From the NCBI GenBank assembly GCA_964016885.1, contig OZ024742.1:263810001-263874000 (forward strand): 64,000 nucleotides of DNA. The letters are read 5' to 3'. A program made the translations under genes and the position numbers. Within the stretch, counting starts at the first letter, position 1. Each line of letters begins with the position of its first letter. This document shows, piece by piece, positions 24,151-38,488 of the stretch. A model generated the notes under the pieces. That model searched no databases. It was not told the DNA's origin and saw only the letters and a program-made list of their open reading frames with translations. Source of the stretch: Eledone cirrhosa (lineage: Eukaryota).

Positions 24151-25635
24151 CGCTCACGTTGACCGTTGTGGTCAGTCCGATGATTGGACGTATGCAATTA
24201 CGGCCAAATCGGAGGTGGTGAATGTGAGCCACGATGCTGAGAGCTTTGCAGCTCCGTCTCGGACGTGCGGTCCATTCTCCACCAGGTACCGGTGACCCCT
24301 AAAGAGGATGTCCTCATCATCGGGTCACCGATTCACCCGCCGGCCACCCGCTCCACCATAAAGTCCAGCCTTCAACAACTCCAGACTCTCACGAGCCGAC
24401 TGTGCTTGATCGATGGCCACCCAGCCCTCTTTCTGTTGAGGAACTGCTTCACCATGCCGAAGCTCCTCTATACCCTTCGCAGCGCTCCGTGCTACACTCA
24501 CACATCTCTCCTCGCTGACCTCGATATTTGTATCCGAGAAGCAGCCGAGGAGATATGCAACGTCATGTTTGACGACATTGGATGGCAACAGGCCACTTTA
24601 CCTGTCAGGTATGGTGGCCTTGGCATCCGGTCCCTGAGATCACTGGCTTTGTCGACGTATCTTTCGTCGGTAACCTCTTGCCGCGTCCTCGTCAGCAGGG
24701 TTCTCCAAAACACAATAGAACCCTCTGTGCTCAGAGAACGTGAGGCCGCTTGTGAGACGTGGGAGCGGCTGGGACTCAACCCAGTAGACGTCCCTCCTCC
24801 TTCTCCCCCTGTTGATGTCAAGTCCCCCCAAAGCACTTGGGATACCATCCAGTGCAGCCTGGCCTCAGATAGGCTCAGGCGCCAGCTCGACCAGCACCGC
24901 CTTGCCTGTTTTCGTGCGGCCTCCAAACCCCACAGTGGTGCCTGGCTCCATGCCCTGCCCTCCTTCTCCACTGGCATGCAGCTAGACAATAATAGCCTGC
25001 GCATTAGCATTTCCTTGAGGCTCGGCCTCCGGATCTGCGAGCCACACCAATGTCGCCACAGATCCACCGTGGACCCTTTTGGCCTCCACCCGCTTTCCTG
25101 TCGCCACAGTGCCGGCCGCCTTCTACGCCATGCTGCCTTCAACGAGGTCATAAAGCATGGCTTGGATGCTGCAGGCTTCCCTTCCCAGCTCGAGCCGGTG
25201 GGGATGGACCGAGGAGACGACAAAAGGCCAGATGGTATGACCATCATCTCGTTTCGCGGTGGTAAACCCCTCGTCTGGGATGCCACTTGCACCGACACTT
25301 ACTGCAGCCGCAACCTGGTGCAGTCTGCGATTAACCCGGGTTCTGCTGCACGTCGGGCTGAGGAGGATAAACTCCTCAAATACCGGTCGCTCTCCGAGAG
25401 GTTTGCGGTTGAACCCCTGACAGTGGAGACTTCTGGTGTCCTTGGCCCTAGGGCTACCTCCCTATTCAACACCATAGGCGCTGAGCTGGCCAGCCGCAGG
25501 TGTGAGCCCCGCGAGTTGGAGAGGCTTTTCCAGTGCGTCCCCCTTGCTATCCTCCGGGGAAACACCTTCTCCATTCTGACCGCCGGGGATGTGGCGGGGC
25601 CCCATCGCGTACCATTCCTTATTTAGTTGTGGTCG
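24150..25635 (+). mobile_element. CRE-clade RLE non-LTR retrotransposon, 5'-truncated (453-aa open frame 24265-25626)
   Basis: PKLLYTLRSAP, WQQATLPVRYGGLGIR, SGAWLHALP, LRLGL, C..C..H.LSC..RH knuckle, KRPDG..LVWDATC RLE, VETSG; flanked by (TA)n and (GT)n. Confidence 0.88.
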
Positions 25636-25799
25636 GTGTGTGTGTGTGTTTGTATATATTGCTTTTGTTTTCATTCAGCATCATGTCATTCTTCATTGAT
25701 TTTCTCTAACATACCATATATTGGAAAAGTTGAGCTACAAATTGCGGTAAGATTACTTACAATATTTCTACATAAGTGTTTGAACTGTAAATATATTGC

Positions 25800-25900
25800 A
25801 ACACATCTATTTATATGAACGATACATACATTTTAACATATGAACGTTACATAGATTTTAAGATATAAACGTTACATAGCATTTAACATATAAATACAGC
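25800..25900 (+). repeat. ~25-bp tandem repeat, about 4 degenerate units
   Basis: (ATTTTAACATATGAACGTTACATAG)-like units. Confidence 0.6.
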
Positions 25901-26167
25901 GTTGTTATATTACATTCATAAAGAAATATACTAAGTAACGTTACAAAACGATTCATCAAAAAAAAAAAGGGAAAAAAAGAAAACGCTAAATATAAACCTT
26001 TGTAGAATTAAAAACAGTTGTAGAATTAAAAACTTGCTGAGAGGAAATATTACCCAAGCTGTAAACAACTTTAAATTTAATTATGACAAAACTTTGTCGA
26101 AACTTTTGAAGATCATCGTGTATTTTGAAAAATAATTGCTAAATATTAGTGAATAGACAAACTCATC

Positions 26168-29100
26168 ATGGCAAAACGTATAAGTCTCCTTCGACCAAAT
26201 CACAACTACAACAATTGTATACAATGGAACTACGATCTCAACAAAGATTTATATGAAGCATACAAACAATCAGACTCCCAAAACTTTGGTTTTAAGCAGA
26301 GGCTAAAAACTTTGTGGAACTCCAAACATCCAGAATTAGACTTTCCCCCAAAACATTTAAATGAACAGGCCAAACGTCTCTTTAGATGTAAATTGATACA
26401 TCTAACGGAACTGAGTGACACTATAAAGACAGCTATTGAAGACAATCATTCCACTTCCACCTATGAACAGAGAGAATGGTCAGCTGAATCTAGCAGTAAA
26501 CAGCACACCAACAACGTAGCTGAAATCCATAATTCTACTGTACAAACAGAACACCAAAAACTTGTGGACACATTACAAGTTATATGGGATGATATGTTTC
26601 AAGAGATACTCAGCCTTAATGTGAATAACAGACCATACAACACCAGAATCAGGAAACAACCCTCTAAATTGGAATTGGAAGCAGTAAACGAAATAGCTGA
26701 CAATTATCTGAAGGCCAGACGATCCAAAAGTGTCGAAACGACATATGAATTACTTAATATTTTGTCATATGTTTCAGTTATCACATTGCTAACCTATCAT
26801 AAACAACTAAAACCACGCAACTAAGATACAAAGAGAAAGCCTGAACCAGCATGGATGCGTAATTAAAAAATCAAAATTTAGTACCCGAGACGAAGTATCG
26901 CACAGATCACTAATTATGAAATGCAGCATAGAGAGCAACTTCACACGACATCAAGAGGACGTAAGAAAAAAAAAAACTAGAGAGGCGATTTGGAGATACG
27001 TGATTTAAAACTCTACACTCCAACCTACACCAGTTGAAACAACAACTCGCAGCTGCAGCAGAAAGAGTAAATAGCACATAAACGGCAAGTGCTAAATAGA
27101 TTATTTGCCAGAAATCCTAAATCAGTTTATCGCAGCTTCAATGGGAAAAGCTCAATCTCTGTAAATGACACACTTACAAAAGAACAGATTGCGACGGATT
27201 TAGAAAACAAACTAAATGACTAAAAGAACTGGAACAGGAATACTGCCAGCATGTCCAGACAAAACAATATAACATAGATGGGTCAATACTGAAAACAGCT
27301 CTGCAGAAAATGTCGAATAGGAAATCACCAGGCCCGGACCTCATAACAGGATACTGGTTGAAGAATTTCACATTCTATCGGCAAGATCTCATACAGCTGT
27401 TCAGAGAAACCATTAAAAGCACACAAGAACTGCCCAATGATTATCAACTGCACTACTCTCCTCATCCCCAAAGTAGCCAGACCACCCTTGCTAAAAATTA
27501 CCGCATAGGAGCCTGCCAGAACATCAAGTATCAATTATACACTGGGTCCCTTAATCTGTTCTTACAGGATCAGTGTGCAACCAACAAAATTATAACATCT
27601 GAGCAAGCTGGTGGAAAGAAGGATGTGTGGGGCTGCATAGATCACCTACTAACAAATAGAATGATACAGGAAAAAACAGCAAAGAAGAGCAGGAACATGA
27701 CTATGGTGTGGTTGGACTATCAGAAGGCTTTTGTAGTGTACCCCATGGGTGGATTATTAAGGCTTTACAGTTAACCAAAGTCCCACAACCACTGGTAGCT
27801 GCTGTTGAACGCCTGACCAAGAACTGGTACACCAATTTGATCCTTAGGGGTGAGAAGGAGCAAATTAAGACTGATACAATACACTACCAGAAAGGCATCT
27901 TTTAGGGTGATAGCTTACTAGTGCTGCTCTTCGTCCTCTCACTAAACCCACTCTCATACCTGCTCACAAAACAAAGTGGTCATGGAAGTGGGTCCAGAAG
28001 TATCTCCCATCTTTTCTTTGTTGATGACCTGAAGTTGTATGGGCCAAATATCAACTATATTCAAAAATAATTGGTCCTCATGACACAATTTTCTGCAGAC
28101 ATCAGAATGAAATTTTGTGAGTCCATATGTGCATATTTGACAGTAAGACATGGTAGGGTTGTGCCTTTCTCTGGAAATCTAGAGATGAACGGCTTGACAA
28201 TACAACCTCTACAGTCAGGAGACAACTACAGATATCTTGGACAGGATGAGAATGTCAGATACGATGGACCCATAAATAAGGAGAGAACCAGAACTGAATA
28301 CCTCAGGAGAGTAAAGAAAATATGGTCATCAGAACTATCAGTGTACAACTAATACATTACCCACAACACTTATACTATGCCAATCCTAACACCAACATTT
28401 GGTCTGCTGAACTGGTCATTGCAAGAACTAAGTGAGATGGATGTAAGAAGTCGCAAGCTTCTCAGTATTACTGGAAATTTAACATCAATGGTGATGTGGA
28501 TAGGCTATACTTCTCACGCAAGGAAGGTGGCCGGGGTCTAAAATTCATACGAGACCCGAATAGTAACACTAAAGCAACATCTTCAGCAGAAGAAAAAGGT
28601 CAGCAACCATCTTGCCCATGTTTATGAGCATGAAGAAAAGAATAGCCACTGATCTGGAGGAGAGATATGGAATATGGCCTGATATAAATCTCTCTCCCAG
28701 GGAAATTGGAAGATCCTATTCAATGTTCGAACAAGATTAAAAAAATGGAACAGAGAAAGTTCTGCATGGGCACCTGAGACGAAAAACACGGACCATGGAG
28801 GGGATAAATCATTCAAAAAGCCTGGCATAGAGTTCTGACAAGTTTATGACGTCCCACCTTGAAGGATATCTCTATGCAATACAGGAACAAGAAATCCCTA
28901 CCAAATATCTGCTACACATAGAGGAGGGCCATTAGTCGACAATAAATGTAGGCTTTGTAAAACAAAGATCGAAGATGTTAGCCACACTGTTGCCAACTGC
29001 AAAATAATGTTGTCTTGTTACTACCTCCCTATGAAACACGATGTGATAGCTAGAACTATATGGAGAGCACTTAGGAAAACAAAATTAAAAAACCAAATGA

Positions 29101-29600
29101 CGAGGAATGTTGAGACAGATGGCACTAAAGAATACTGGTGAAACCTGAAAATAAAAACTGCCACCAAATTAAAGCACAACCGGCCTGATATTGTTGTTTG
29201 GGACGACACATTGAAAACGTGTTCTGTTGTAGAGATCAGCTGCCCACTTGATATTAACGTTGTAAGAAAAATACAAGAGAAGGAGGACATCTACGGACCA
29301 TTGATGAGGAGTGTGCAGATCCACTATCCAAGATACACTTTCAGCTTCATACCCATCAATATTGGAGCTACAGGTTATATACCAACCCGCTTGGATCAAA
29401 ATATAACTAAACTTGGATTTGTGGAAAAAAAAGCGCAACTCCCTAATTCATAGACTACAAATGGCTGCGATAGCTGGCACCTTCAAAATTTGCAAAACAT
29501 TCTTGTGATTCAAGTGATGACAATTTCTTTTTTTTACAACATTGCCAACAGGAAGGTGGCCGGTCAAAAATGTACTCGAAATTAAGAGAAAGAGAGACAT
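26168..29600 (+). mobile_element. Second R4/Dong-clade family, near full-length but heavily decayed
   Basis: N-terminal WNYDLN.DLY...W...HPEL, KSPGPDLI.GYWLK, WLDYQKAF..VPH.W, FFVDDLKLY, RKEGGRGL, CRLC, RPDIV.WD, EISCPLD; ends in a CATA-rich tract. Confidence 0.88.
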
Positions 29601-29939
29601 ACATATATACATACATGCGTACGCATGAATCTTTCCTTTTTGCTTCATAAATATATATATACATGCGACAGTAGGTTGGGATTTGAAGGAAATTTGGCTG
29701 CTATTTCTAACATATCTAGCTGGCTACCACACAAAAATGTCACTTATACTACTTTATATAGCAGACGTACCCAAGAATGTCTGCATATTTTCCCAAAGTA
29801 ACACTATGCAGTAAAGTTGCGACATCAGAATTCCTTTCAAAGTATATAACTAAGGAAGAAGGATCTGTGTGTATTGTCATTGAAGCAGGAATTACGATAT
29901 TGCTCATTCCAAAGCCTCTGGATAAACAACATTCTTGTT

Positions 29940-32620
29940 TTTTCCCTGTGGTGCTATAATGAAGAGACAATCAGGGTTTCCAACCCTTGTTGTACTAACA
30001 TATAGCTGACCATGTGAAAAGACAGGATCTGCCAGGTTCAACCAAACGACTTTCAATGATTGCTCTCAAGATTTATTGATGGCCATGGCAAAACTGAGTC
30101 TGATAGGAAATTGAAGCATTTGAAATGCAAATAGCAAATCCATTGGCTTTAGAGGCATTCTGGGAATGAAATAATTGTCAGCAGAAAATTTCCTGACATG
30201 ATTGCGACTTCTAGGACATTGGGCATCATATTTTTGATTGTGCCATTGCAAAGTTTTGGAGGATGCAGATTACGAACTAGCATAACCGATGCTCGAAGCT
30301 TCTGTATCAGGTTATGTGGAGGAATTCCTGTTAGTTCAGTTGGATAGTTTAAAACCTGGTCTTTGGAAGTGATTGTATCAACTGATTTGTAGCATCTTTT
30401 CTCTCCTGGTAACATGTCCAGCAGCCTTCTGTTGATTTCTTTCACAGCAATATTTTTCAGTGCTAAGATTGTTCACAGAGACATTTTGGAATCACATTGT
30501 CTGATCTGAAAGTTCGGAAACATCCTAGCAATCAGTTCTTGTTCTGTTTCAATCATTTGGCCAAATAACAATTGAATCTGGTCGTTGAAGTCCTTTTCAA
30601 GAAGTCCATTTCCTAATTTAAGTAGCTGTATTGCAAACTCATTGACGCCTTCATCACCAGTCAAGTACACTCGCATATTGGTTGTAAGGCTCAGTCGCTG
30701 AAAGTGGGGCCAGAGATAGGATGTTTTCAGACAAGTCAGCTATTTTCAGATCTGATCAGCTTGGATCCTTCAGGAAATTACAGGCAGAGTTTGTTTGAAA
30801 TTACTAGCAACAACTACTGCCACTCCTCCGATTATGCAAGCTTTTTTTCTCAGATCCCTTGTCCGATCCAAAGCTTCAATTGATCGTTTATGGTTCATGG
30901 TGGCTTCATCCAAAATTATCGTCTTGCATGTTTGCCTGAGCTTGTCCTTGGGCGAGTTCTTGATTGTGCCAAAAAATTGTTCATGGTGTGTGCAGTTCTT
31001 CTTCAATCCAGAAGTGTTGCTGCAGTGCCACTTGAAGCCACAGCAAGAGCTATATGTTGCTCTTGGCGAACATTTGTAAGCAGGAAGGTTATGAGGAATG
31101 TCTTACCTGTGCCAGCAGGAGCATCGATGAAGATAAGTCGTCCCCTGTCATTTTCAATGTTTTCCATGATATTGTGGTAGGCGTATTTCTGGTTTATTTT
31201 CATCCACAAATCTACGCAAGGCTTTATATCGTAGTTTATCTCCTGAAAAATTTCTTGAACTACCTCCAATTCTTTATTTGGCTCTGGCACCCTTTGTTTG
31301 CTAATGTGTTATTCATTGCCTAAACTCGATGGGACAGGTTACAGAGAGCTTGATTGTAAATTCTGGCGTTATATTTCATATACATATTGTCATGATGTCT
31401 TCAGGTTAGGTGTAGATTGTTTTTGAACTCCTACCAGAGTAGATAAGCTTCGTCAATTCCACATGCTGTGAGCATAATAGCAAATAACTGTCTTATTTGA
31501 CTGACTACTCGAGTGACTCCTGCTTCTAGGGTCTTCTTTCAATGTCCATTGTCATGCAGGAGTCCATTCTGTTTACATGCTTCTTGGCATGTTGCGCACA
31601 CCATTCCTCCGACCCCCCCCCCCCCCCGAGATCCTTAAATGGCTTTGGTTCACGAACAATATGCAGATATGGCCGTAATTAGAAACACTCTGTTGTTGTT
31701 GGGATAGACAATGTAAACACATTCAATAACAGGACTTGCCTTGACTTCATGACCTTCCACTAAATGATCCCGCTTCCTTCGATATCAGGTGTTATAATTG
31801 GTCCAGGTGTAGTAGGTTGGGATGTTAGCATAGGGAGGGATCGAGCAAATTCATCATTCTGGTAGAGTTTAAAAAAAGCAGTTAGAATAGAGTCAGGTTG
31901 TGCTTGTGCCAACTGATGAGCAGTGGTCTCAGGGAAGTACACTCTCTATTCATTTTCCAGATGGACTGATAGGTTGACCACTGTTGGTTGGCGTCGATAT
32001 CACTTCAAAAGATCCGCTAGATAGCGTTAGTGCTGGAGTTGTATCGACCTGTCTAATACCGTTTGACATCATCCATCCCACCATTATTGAGTTCCTTGCC
32101 AGTAACAAAGGTAGCCATGTCACTGCCTTGATGACATAGAATTGCTTTGACAGAGCTGCAATACTCAACATTAATATGAGCCTTTAGACGTTTGCACAAC
32201 AATTTTTTGCATGGGACTAACCGTCGATTGTCTATGGTCAGCGCCTATCCTCGAACTGTTAGGTTTGTAGTATTGCCTCCATGTTCTGGTTTACGCCCAC
32301 GATAAAGGGGGCATCCATCATTGTCAGTCCGAGTTTCATGAATAACAGCTCCAGGATAATGTCTGTTGCATTTTTTTATCTTTCCTGCAGGGAGCGGCTG
32401 GATTGATGGCTCCACATAAACCATAGATGAGTTTGGTCTTCATGGATTCAAAGAGTTCTGGATCACCATCTTTATCAGGCAACTTCGCTGAAATGATCTT
32501 AACAACATCATCTGGTCTTATCTTCTCCTTGCACCAGATTAGTGTGTGAGAGTGAGGAAGACCTCTCTTCCGCCATTCAATATGGTCATCCAGGCACTAA
32601 GCTCACCAAAGTTTCTTCCT
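29940..32620 (-). mobile_element. Decayed autonomous Helitron (HUH Rep + PIF1 helicase)
   Basis: IEWRKRGLPHSHTLIW (Rep HUH), FIDAPAGTGKTF (Walker A), IILDEATM (Walker B), QTLPVI, LLKLGNG, LVRNL.PPKLCNGT, QFPIRLSFAMAINKS, VFSHGQLYV. Confidence 0.9.
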
Positions 32621-32717
32621 TCTTTTAGGAGCAAAAGAAATGTTTTATTTGCCTTTTCATGGAAAACCAGAGCAATGAGAACTTATCGAGCTTTCGGTTT
32701 TTGATTTTAGAATAATT

Positions 32718-33290
32718 CACTAGCTGACGTATCCAGCTTCGCCCGGGTAAACAGATAATGAGAGAAAACAGGTAAAAGAGAAAATGACTGTATTGGATGT
32801 TTGTCTGCGAATGTATGAGGCGAATCCGTGGTGTCTGTGTGATACAAAAAACAGTAAATCTTCCAGATATACCAGATTCTTCGTTGTACCGTCTGTGCAT
32901 AGTATATGAACGTGCTCCCACCTAGAATAGTGACCTCTGGGAGATGGGTCATCTTCTGCCTGGCTGTAAAAAGTGTATCATTGCATAAACGTGGTTGTTC
33001 CACGTTTCTCAAAAGGATGATGAAAGTTCCAATCTTTTATATTATGTGTAGATATAGATATAGATAATTAATATAAAAGATGATGCTCAGCCAGTTCGTC
33101 TTCAACCATAGCAGCACGCCGTCGCTGCTTGGCTCTAGTGTTTCGTTGGCGTTGTTCAGTCAGCTCCTCTTCATTCATGGCGGCACGTCTTCACCTCTGA
33201 AGTTCGGCGTTCCAATGGCGCTGTTCGGCCCGTTTTTCTTCATTCCTGGCTGCACGCCGTGGCCCCTGTAGTTCACTGTTTGATAAAGTC
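32718..33290 (-). mobile_element. Internally deleted Helitron piece with 3' hairpin + CTAG and an Arg/Glu-rich N-terminal repeat
   Basis: Reverse complement CCCGGGCGAAGCTGGATACGTCAGCTAG; helicase fragment LLRNVEQPRLCND; RRAAMNEEELTEQRQR repeats at 33080-33270. Confidence 0.6.
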
Positions 33291-34302
33291 GAAATGCTTT
33301 TATTATCAGTATTCATTTCGAGCAATTGTCAAAAAATGATACAATAATAAATATAAAAGATGTCCGCCAGTGTATAACAAGGCCCCTATTTACCCCCTTC
33401 ACAACTCTGTGTATGTTAGACTGACAGACAGGCACAGATAAACTGCGTGGCGATTGTGGAACGCCCCACGTACACACACATACACACATGGAAACGCGCA
33501 CACGCAGGCAAACTTACACACGCACCCGTGCACTTACACACACGCACACACTCACACATGTTGATAGTTTTTACTTTCTGTGGAACACTGCACGCACGCA
33601 CACACACATAAACATACGCGTACGTACATACACACGGACACATGGTAATAGTTATAGCGTTCACTTTACCTCTCTGTTTCTTACTCTCCCCTCTCACTCC
33701 CTCATTGGCATTATGCATATTAATTTAACTTTGGCGTCGTTGAGGTGGGCGGAGTCGTTTGAAACCTATGAACCAATGATAATCGAGAATTATGACACAG
33801 GGAATACTGACGTTGTTCAAATTAATATATAGATTTGATATTTCTGTCCAGTTTCAGTTGTATGTAAATGTAATAAAGATGTACCAAATGTAAATGTAAT
33901 AAAAATGTACCAAATGTACCAAATGTAAATGTAATAAAAATGTACCAAATGTACCAAAGTTTCTGACTTGGACCATTGCAACTTGCATACGTTCGTAACA
34001 TGATCCTCCAGTGAAGCTTGATGGTGGTATAACTGGCTGGCTAACATTTCTTGGGTCACCTTCAGAATTGATGACATCTCCAAGTTAGATGTAGTTCTGT
34101 GCCCTCAACTTATTTTGATTCCTTCGCAAAGAATCCAATTAGTGTTTGATTGTAATAAAACGTACATATTGTATGCTTACGTTAACTTGAGAGAGAAAGA
34201 AATAGTTGAAGAACGCCGAGGCACACACACATGTCTCTAACTTAATAACGCAGACACACAAACGCATACGCGCGTCCACATAGACACACTGTCCCATTAC
34301 CA

Positions 34303-34919
34303 TTTATATATAAAGTTGTAGTTCCTGTATGTCTGTTTGTTTGTTCACGAACTCTTCCTATGGTTTTGGAGATAGATTCCCCCATAACCATATATATTCT
34401 GAAACTACATTGCTCAGGGTACTTGGATAAGTATATTTCATTTTAATCAAAGGATTCTCTGGGGGCACAAATCCCCGCTAAAAAATGTTTTACATCGATT
34501 TATATGAAAATTAAACCATAGACAAATGACAATATATGATGCCTATTCACAAAATCTCAGCAAATTTCAATAATATTAGGACACCCTAATGGGGGTTAAA
34601 CCCCCTATAGTGAAAATTTTTGAAGCTCAAATAAATAATGCTTTGCACAAAAATGAAATAATCAAGTTTTTAATTGATATCTTTAAAAAAATTATTTACA
34701 ATACACAAAATAAAAATAAGATTTAATAAGGTAATTTTGATTTCATATATTACAAAAAAATAATGTTTTCCAATTTTCCATGCATTACATTTTACATTGA
34801 GTAATATTGAAATGCAGAGTTTTTCTCCATAAATTATATCACTAATTTAAAATCAATCATCATTTTCTTACAAAAATAAAAAATGTGTGAAACGCAGCAA
34901 GGTGCGGGTAATTCGGCTA

Positions 34920-34920
<1 letters not shown>
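34303..34920 (+). mobile_element. Non-autonomous Helitron
   Basis: A|TTTATATATAAAG start with a TGTC/TGTT tract; 3' CGCAGCAAGGTGCG hairpin then CTAG|T. Confidence 0.65.
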
Positions 34921-34970
<50 letters not shown>

Positions 34971-34972
<2 letters not shown>

Positions 34973-35350
34973 TTTATCCCGGGTTCAATTGGGGGTAACC
35001 ACAGTAAGTAAGGTACTCAATACAAAGCAGAGTATAAATATTTAATATAGAAAAGCTTCTACAGGATTAGAACTGTTTCATTGGTGAGAAATCATCAGGA
35101 AGCTGACTGTCCAAGTAGTATTCATATATTTTCTGGTGGTGGGGAGGGTGGTGATTGGTATGGGTGCAGGTCATTGGTTGTTGGGTTTAAAGAAAAGGGA
35201 ATTCTTTAAAAGCTATATTTAGAGTAACAAAGGCAGAACGAATTCTATAAACAATTTCAAACTGGGCATGCCACAAAGCTCTTACTCCCACACACTCACA
35301 AAAACACACACTCTTATACCCATATATGTAAACACACACACACACACGCA
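34971..35350 (-). mobile_element. Penelope-like pseudo-LTR, family alpha
   Basis: Inverted copy at ~37262-37680 and a partial copy at 36525-36660; contains a hammerhead motif. Confidence 0.7.
35054..35104 (-). ncRNA. Type I hammerhead ribozyme motif
   Basis: AGCTTC-CTGATGA-tttctcaccaat-GAAACAG-ttctaatc-CTGTA-GAAGCT: 6-bp stem I, canonical core, 4-bp stem III, GUA site; stem II weak. Confidence 0.75.
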
Positions 35351-35458
35351 TATATATATTTATAACGAAGGATGTGTGGTAAGGAATCAAGTGGACCATA
35401 ACGCATCAGAGTACTCAATACTTAGGGTAGTAGAGTAGGTAATAGGAAAATGTTCAAG

Positions 35459-35552
35459 ACCCCGACGGCAGAGCTCAAGCCGTTTCGGCGGCTATTTATG
35501 GACGAAATTAGATTTTTAGCGTGGTAATAAATAGCCGAACTTTTCAAGGGGT
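35459..35552 (-). ncRNA. Type I hammerhead ribozyme, U3-A8 core variant with long stem II
   Basis: ACCCC-TTGAAAA-gttCGGCTATTTA..29 nt..TAAATAGCCGcc-GAAACGGC-ttgagctct-GCCGTC-GGGGT. Confidence 0.75.
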
Positions 35553-35799
35553 AATTCCTTATATGGGAAGATTGTAGTTGTCAAAAGGATTGGTAAAAAT
35601 TTCTTGTCAATACAATTAAATAGCCGTCGAAACGGCTTGAGTTCTGCCGTCAGGGTCTTGAACATTTTCCTATATATATTTATATACACAAACATATACA
35701 TATACCCATACATATATATACACACATACACATACATATACATACACACAACACATACATACACACATACATATAATACTCATATGCAATCATATATAT

Positions 35800-35829
<30 letters not shown>

Positions 35830-35830
<1 letters not shown>

Positions 35831-36220
35831 AGTTAAAACAATGAAATAAAAAATCAAGTCATTAGAGATATACTTCACTGCTTTACGATCGTTTCTAGAT
35901 GGTGATAATACATTGTATCTATACTCTGTTATTGATCTATGTAAGTTTACAAACTATCAGATAGAGAGAATATTTACTTACATGCATATCACCAGCTATT
36001 TTCAAAAGCTTTTGAAAACAGCTGGTGATATGCATGTAAGGCGAAAAGGCCATCATCTCGGTATAATCCTCCGGTTAGGCCCGTGAAGAGGTTCTTCAGG
36101 TGGTATAAGATGTACAGGCCTACGAGGTCACTAACTTCAGCCGAGTCACTTGCCCCCCTGACGTCAAAACGGATCTCAGGCTTCTTGTTAATCCAGTAAG
36201 ATTACTGGATTAACAAGATT
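35830..36220 (-). mobile_element. Penelope-like element relic: RT catalytic-core fragment plus pLTR
   Basis: 36042-36200 (-) reads [49 protein letters not shown] (PLE YRDD motif); a hammerhead lies downstream. Confidence 0.75.
35880..36009 (-). ncRNA. Type I minimal hammerhead, U3-A8 variant with very large stem II loop
   Basis: GCTT-TTGAAAA-TAGcTGGTGATA..~80 nt..TATCACCAtCTA-GAAAC-GATC-GTA-AAGC; palindromic stem III ACGATCGT. Confidence 0.7.
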
Positions 36221-36251
36221 ATGTATGTGTATGTGCATGCGTGTGTATATA

Positions 36252-36334
<83 letters not shown>

Positions 36335-36348
36335 ATGTGTATATATGT

Positions 36349-36478
<130 letters not shown>

Positions 36479-36524
36479 GAGATTCTACAGGACTAGAACT
36501 GTCTCATTCTTTAGAAATCATCAG

Positions 36525-36577
36525 GAGATTCCTGATGATTTCTAAAGAATGAAACAGTTCTAGTCCTGTAGAATCTC
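36525..36577 (+). ncRNA. Type I hammerhead ribozyme motif (family alpha)
   Basis: GAGATTC-CTGATGA-tttctaaagaat-GAAACAG-ttctagtc-CTGTA-GAATCTC: 7-bp stem I, GUA site at 36570. Confidence 0.8.
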
Positions 36578-36658
36578 TTCTATATTAAAACTTTTATACT
36601 CTGCAATGTATTGAGTACCTTACTTACTGTGGTTACCTCCGATTCAACCCGGAATAAC

Positions 36659-36708
<50 letters not shown>

Positions 36709-36709
36709 A

Positions 36710-37724
<1,015 letters not shown>

Positions 37725-37985
37725 GGAAAAAATGAAACGAAATTTCATTTCCCACTCTTAGTACGGCTGTTACTTAAATATAAGTATGTATACGTACATA
37801 CATATATGTATACAGACGTACAGTAGTATGTATATATATACATACATGCACACATATATATATATGTACGTATGGATTCACCGAACATTTATTATAATGC
37901 TCGATGTGTTTGTAAACAAACATCCCGTATTAAGCCGTAGTGTCCAGCAACCATCGTTGCTCTTTTGTTCAACACTGACAAAGAA

Positions 37986-38028
37986 ACGCTGTACTAGTTT
38001 CAAGCTTATTAACTATCGTCAGCAACGT
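37986..38028 (-). ncRNA. Minimal type I hammerhead ribozyme
   Basis: ACGTTG-CTGACGA-tagttaataagctt-GAAAC-TA-GTA-CAGCGT; palindromic ACTAGT stem III. Confidence 0.8.
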
Positions 38029-38445
38029 ATACCTTCCTGCCAGATTGTTGAACGCATATACTTACCTTGTGCATATTAACAGCTGAGAAACGAGCAACGA
38101 TGGTTGCTGGACACTAAGGCTTAATACGGGATGTTTGTTTACAAACACACCGAGCATTATAATAAATGTTCGGTGAATCCATACGTACATATATATATGT
38201 GTGCATGTATATATATATATATGCATACTACTGTACGTCTGTATACATATATGTATGTACGTGTACATACTTATATTTAAGTAACAGCCGTACTAAGAGT
38301 GGGAAATGAAATTTCGTTTCATTTTTTCCGTTTATCGTTTTCGCTGCACCCGGCCGATTAACCCACTCGATATGCAAATTGAGCTTCTCAGCTGTTAATA
38401 TGCATAAGGTAAGTATATACGTTCAACAATCTGGCAGGAAGGTAT

Positions 38446-38488
38446 ACGTTGCTGACGATAGCTAATAAGCTTGAAACTAGTACAGCGT
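38446..38488 (+). ncRNA. Minimal type I hammerhead ribozyme
   Basis: ACGTTG-CTGACGA-tAGCTaataAGCTt-GAAAC-TA-GTA-CAGCGT. Confidence 0.82.

Noticed and set aside
24498-25298. 266-aa antisense ORF (and similar antisense ORFs over the Tx1 ORF)
   Set aside because: Shadow frames of GC-rich retrotransposon coding sequence with no motifs of their own
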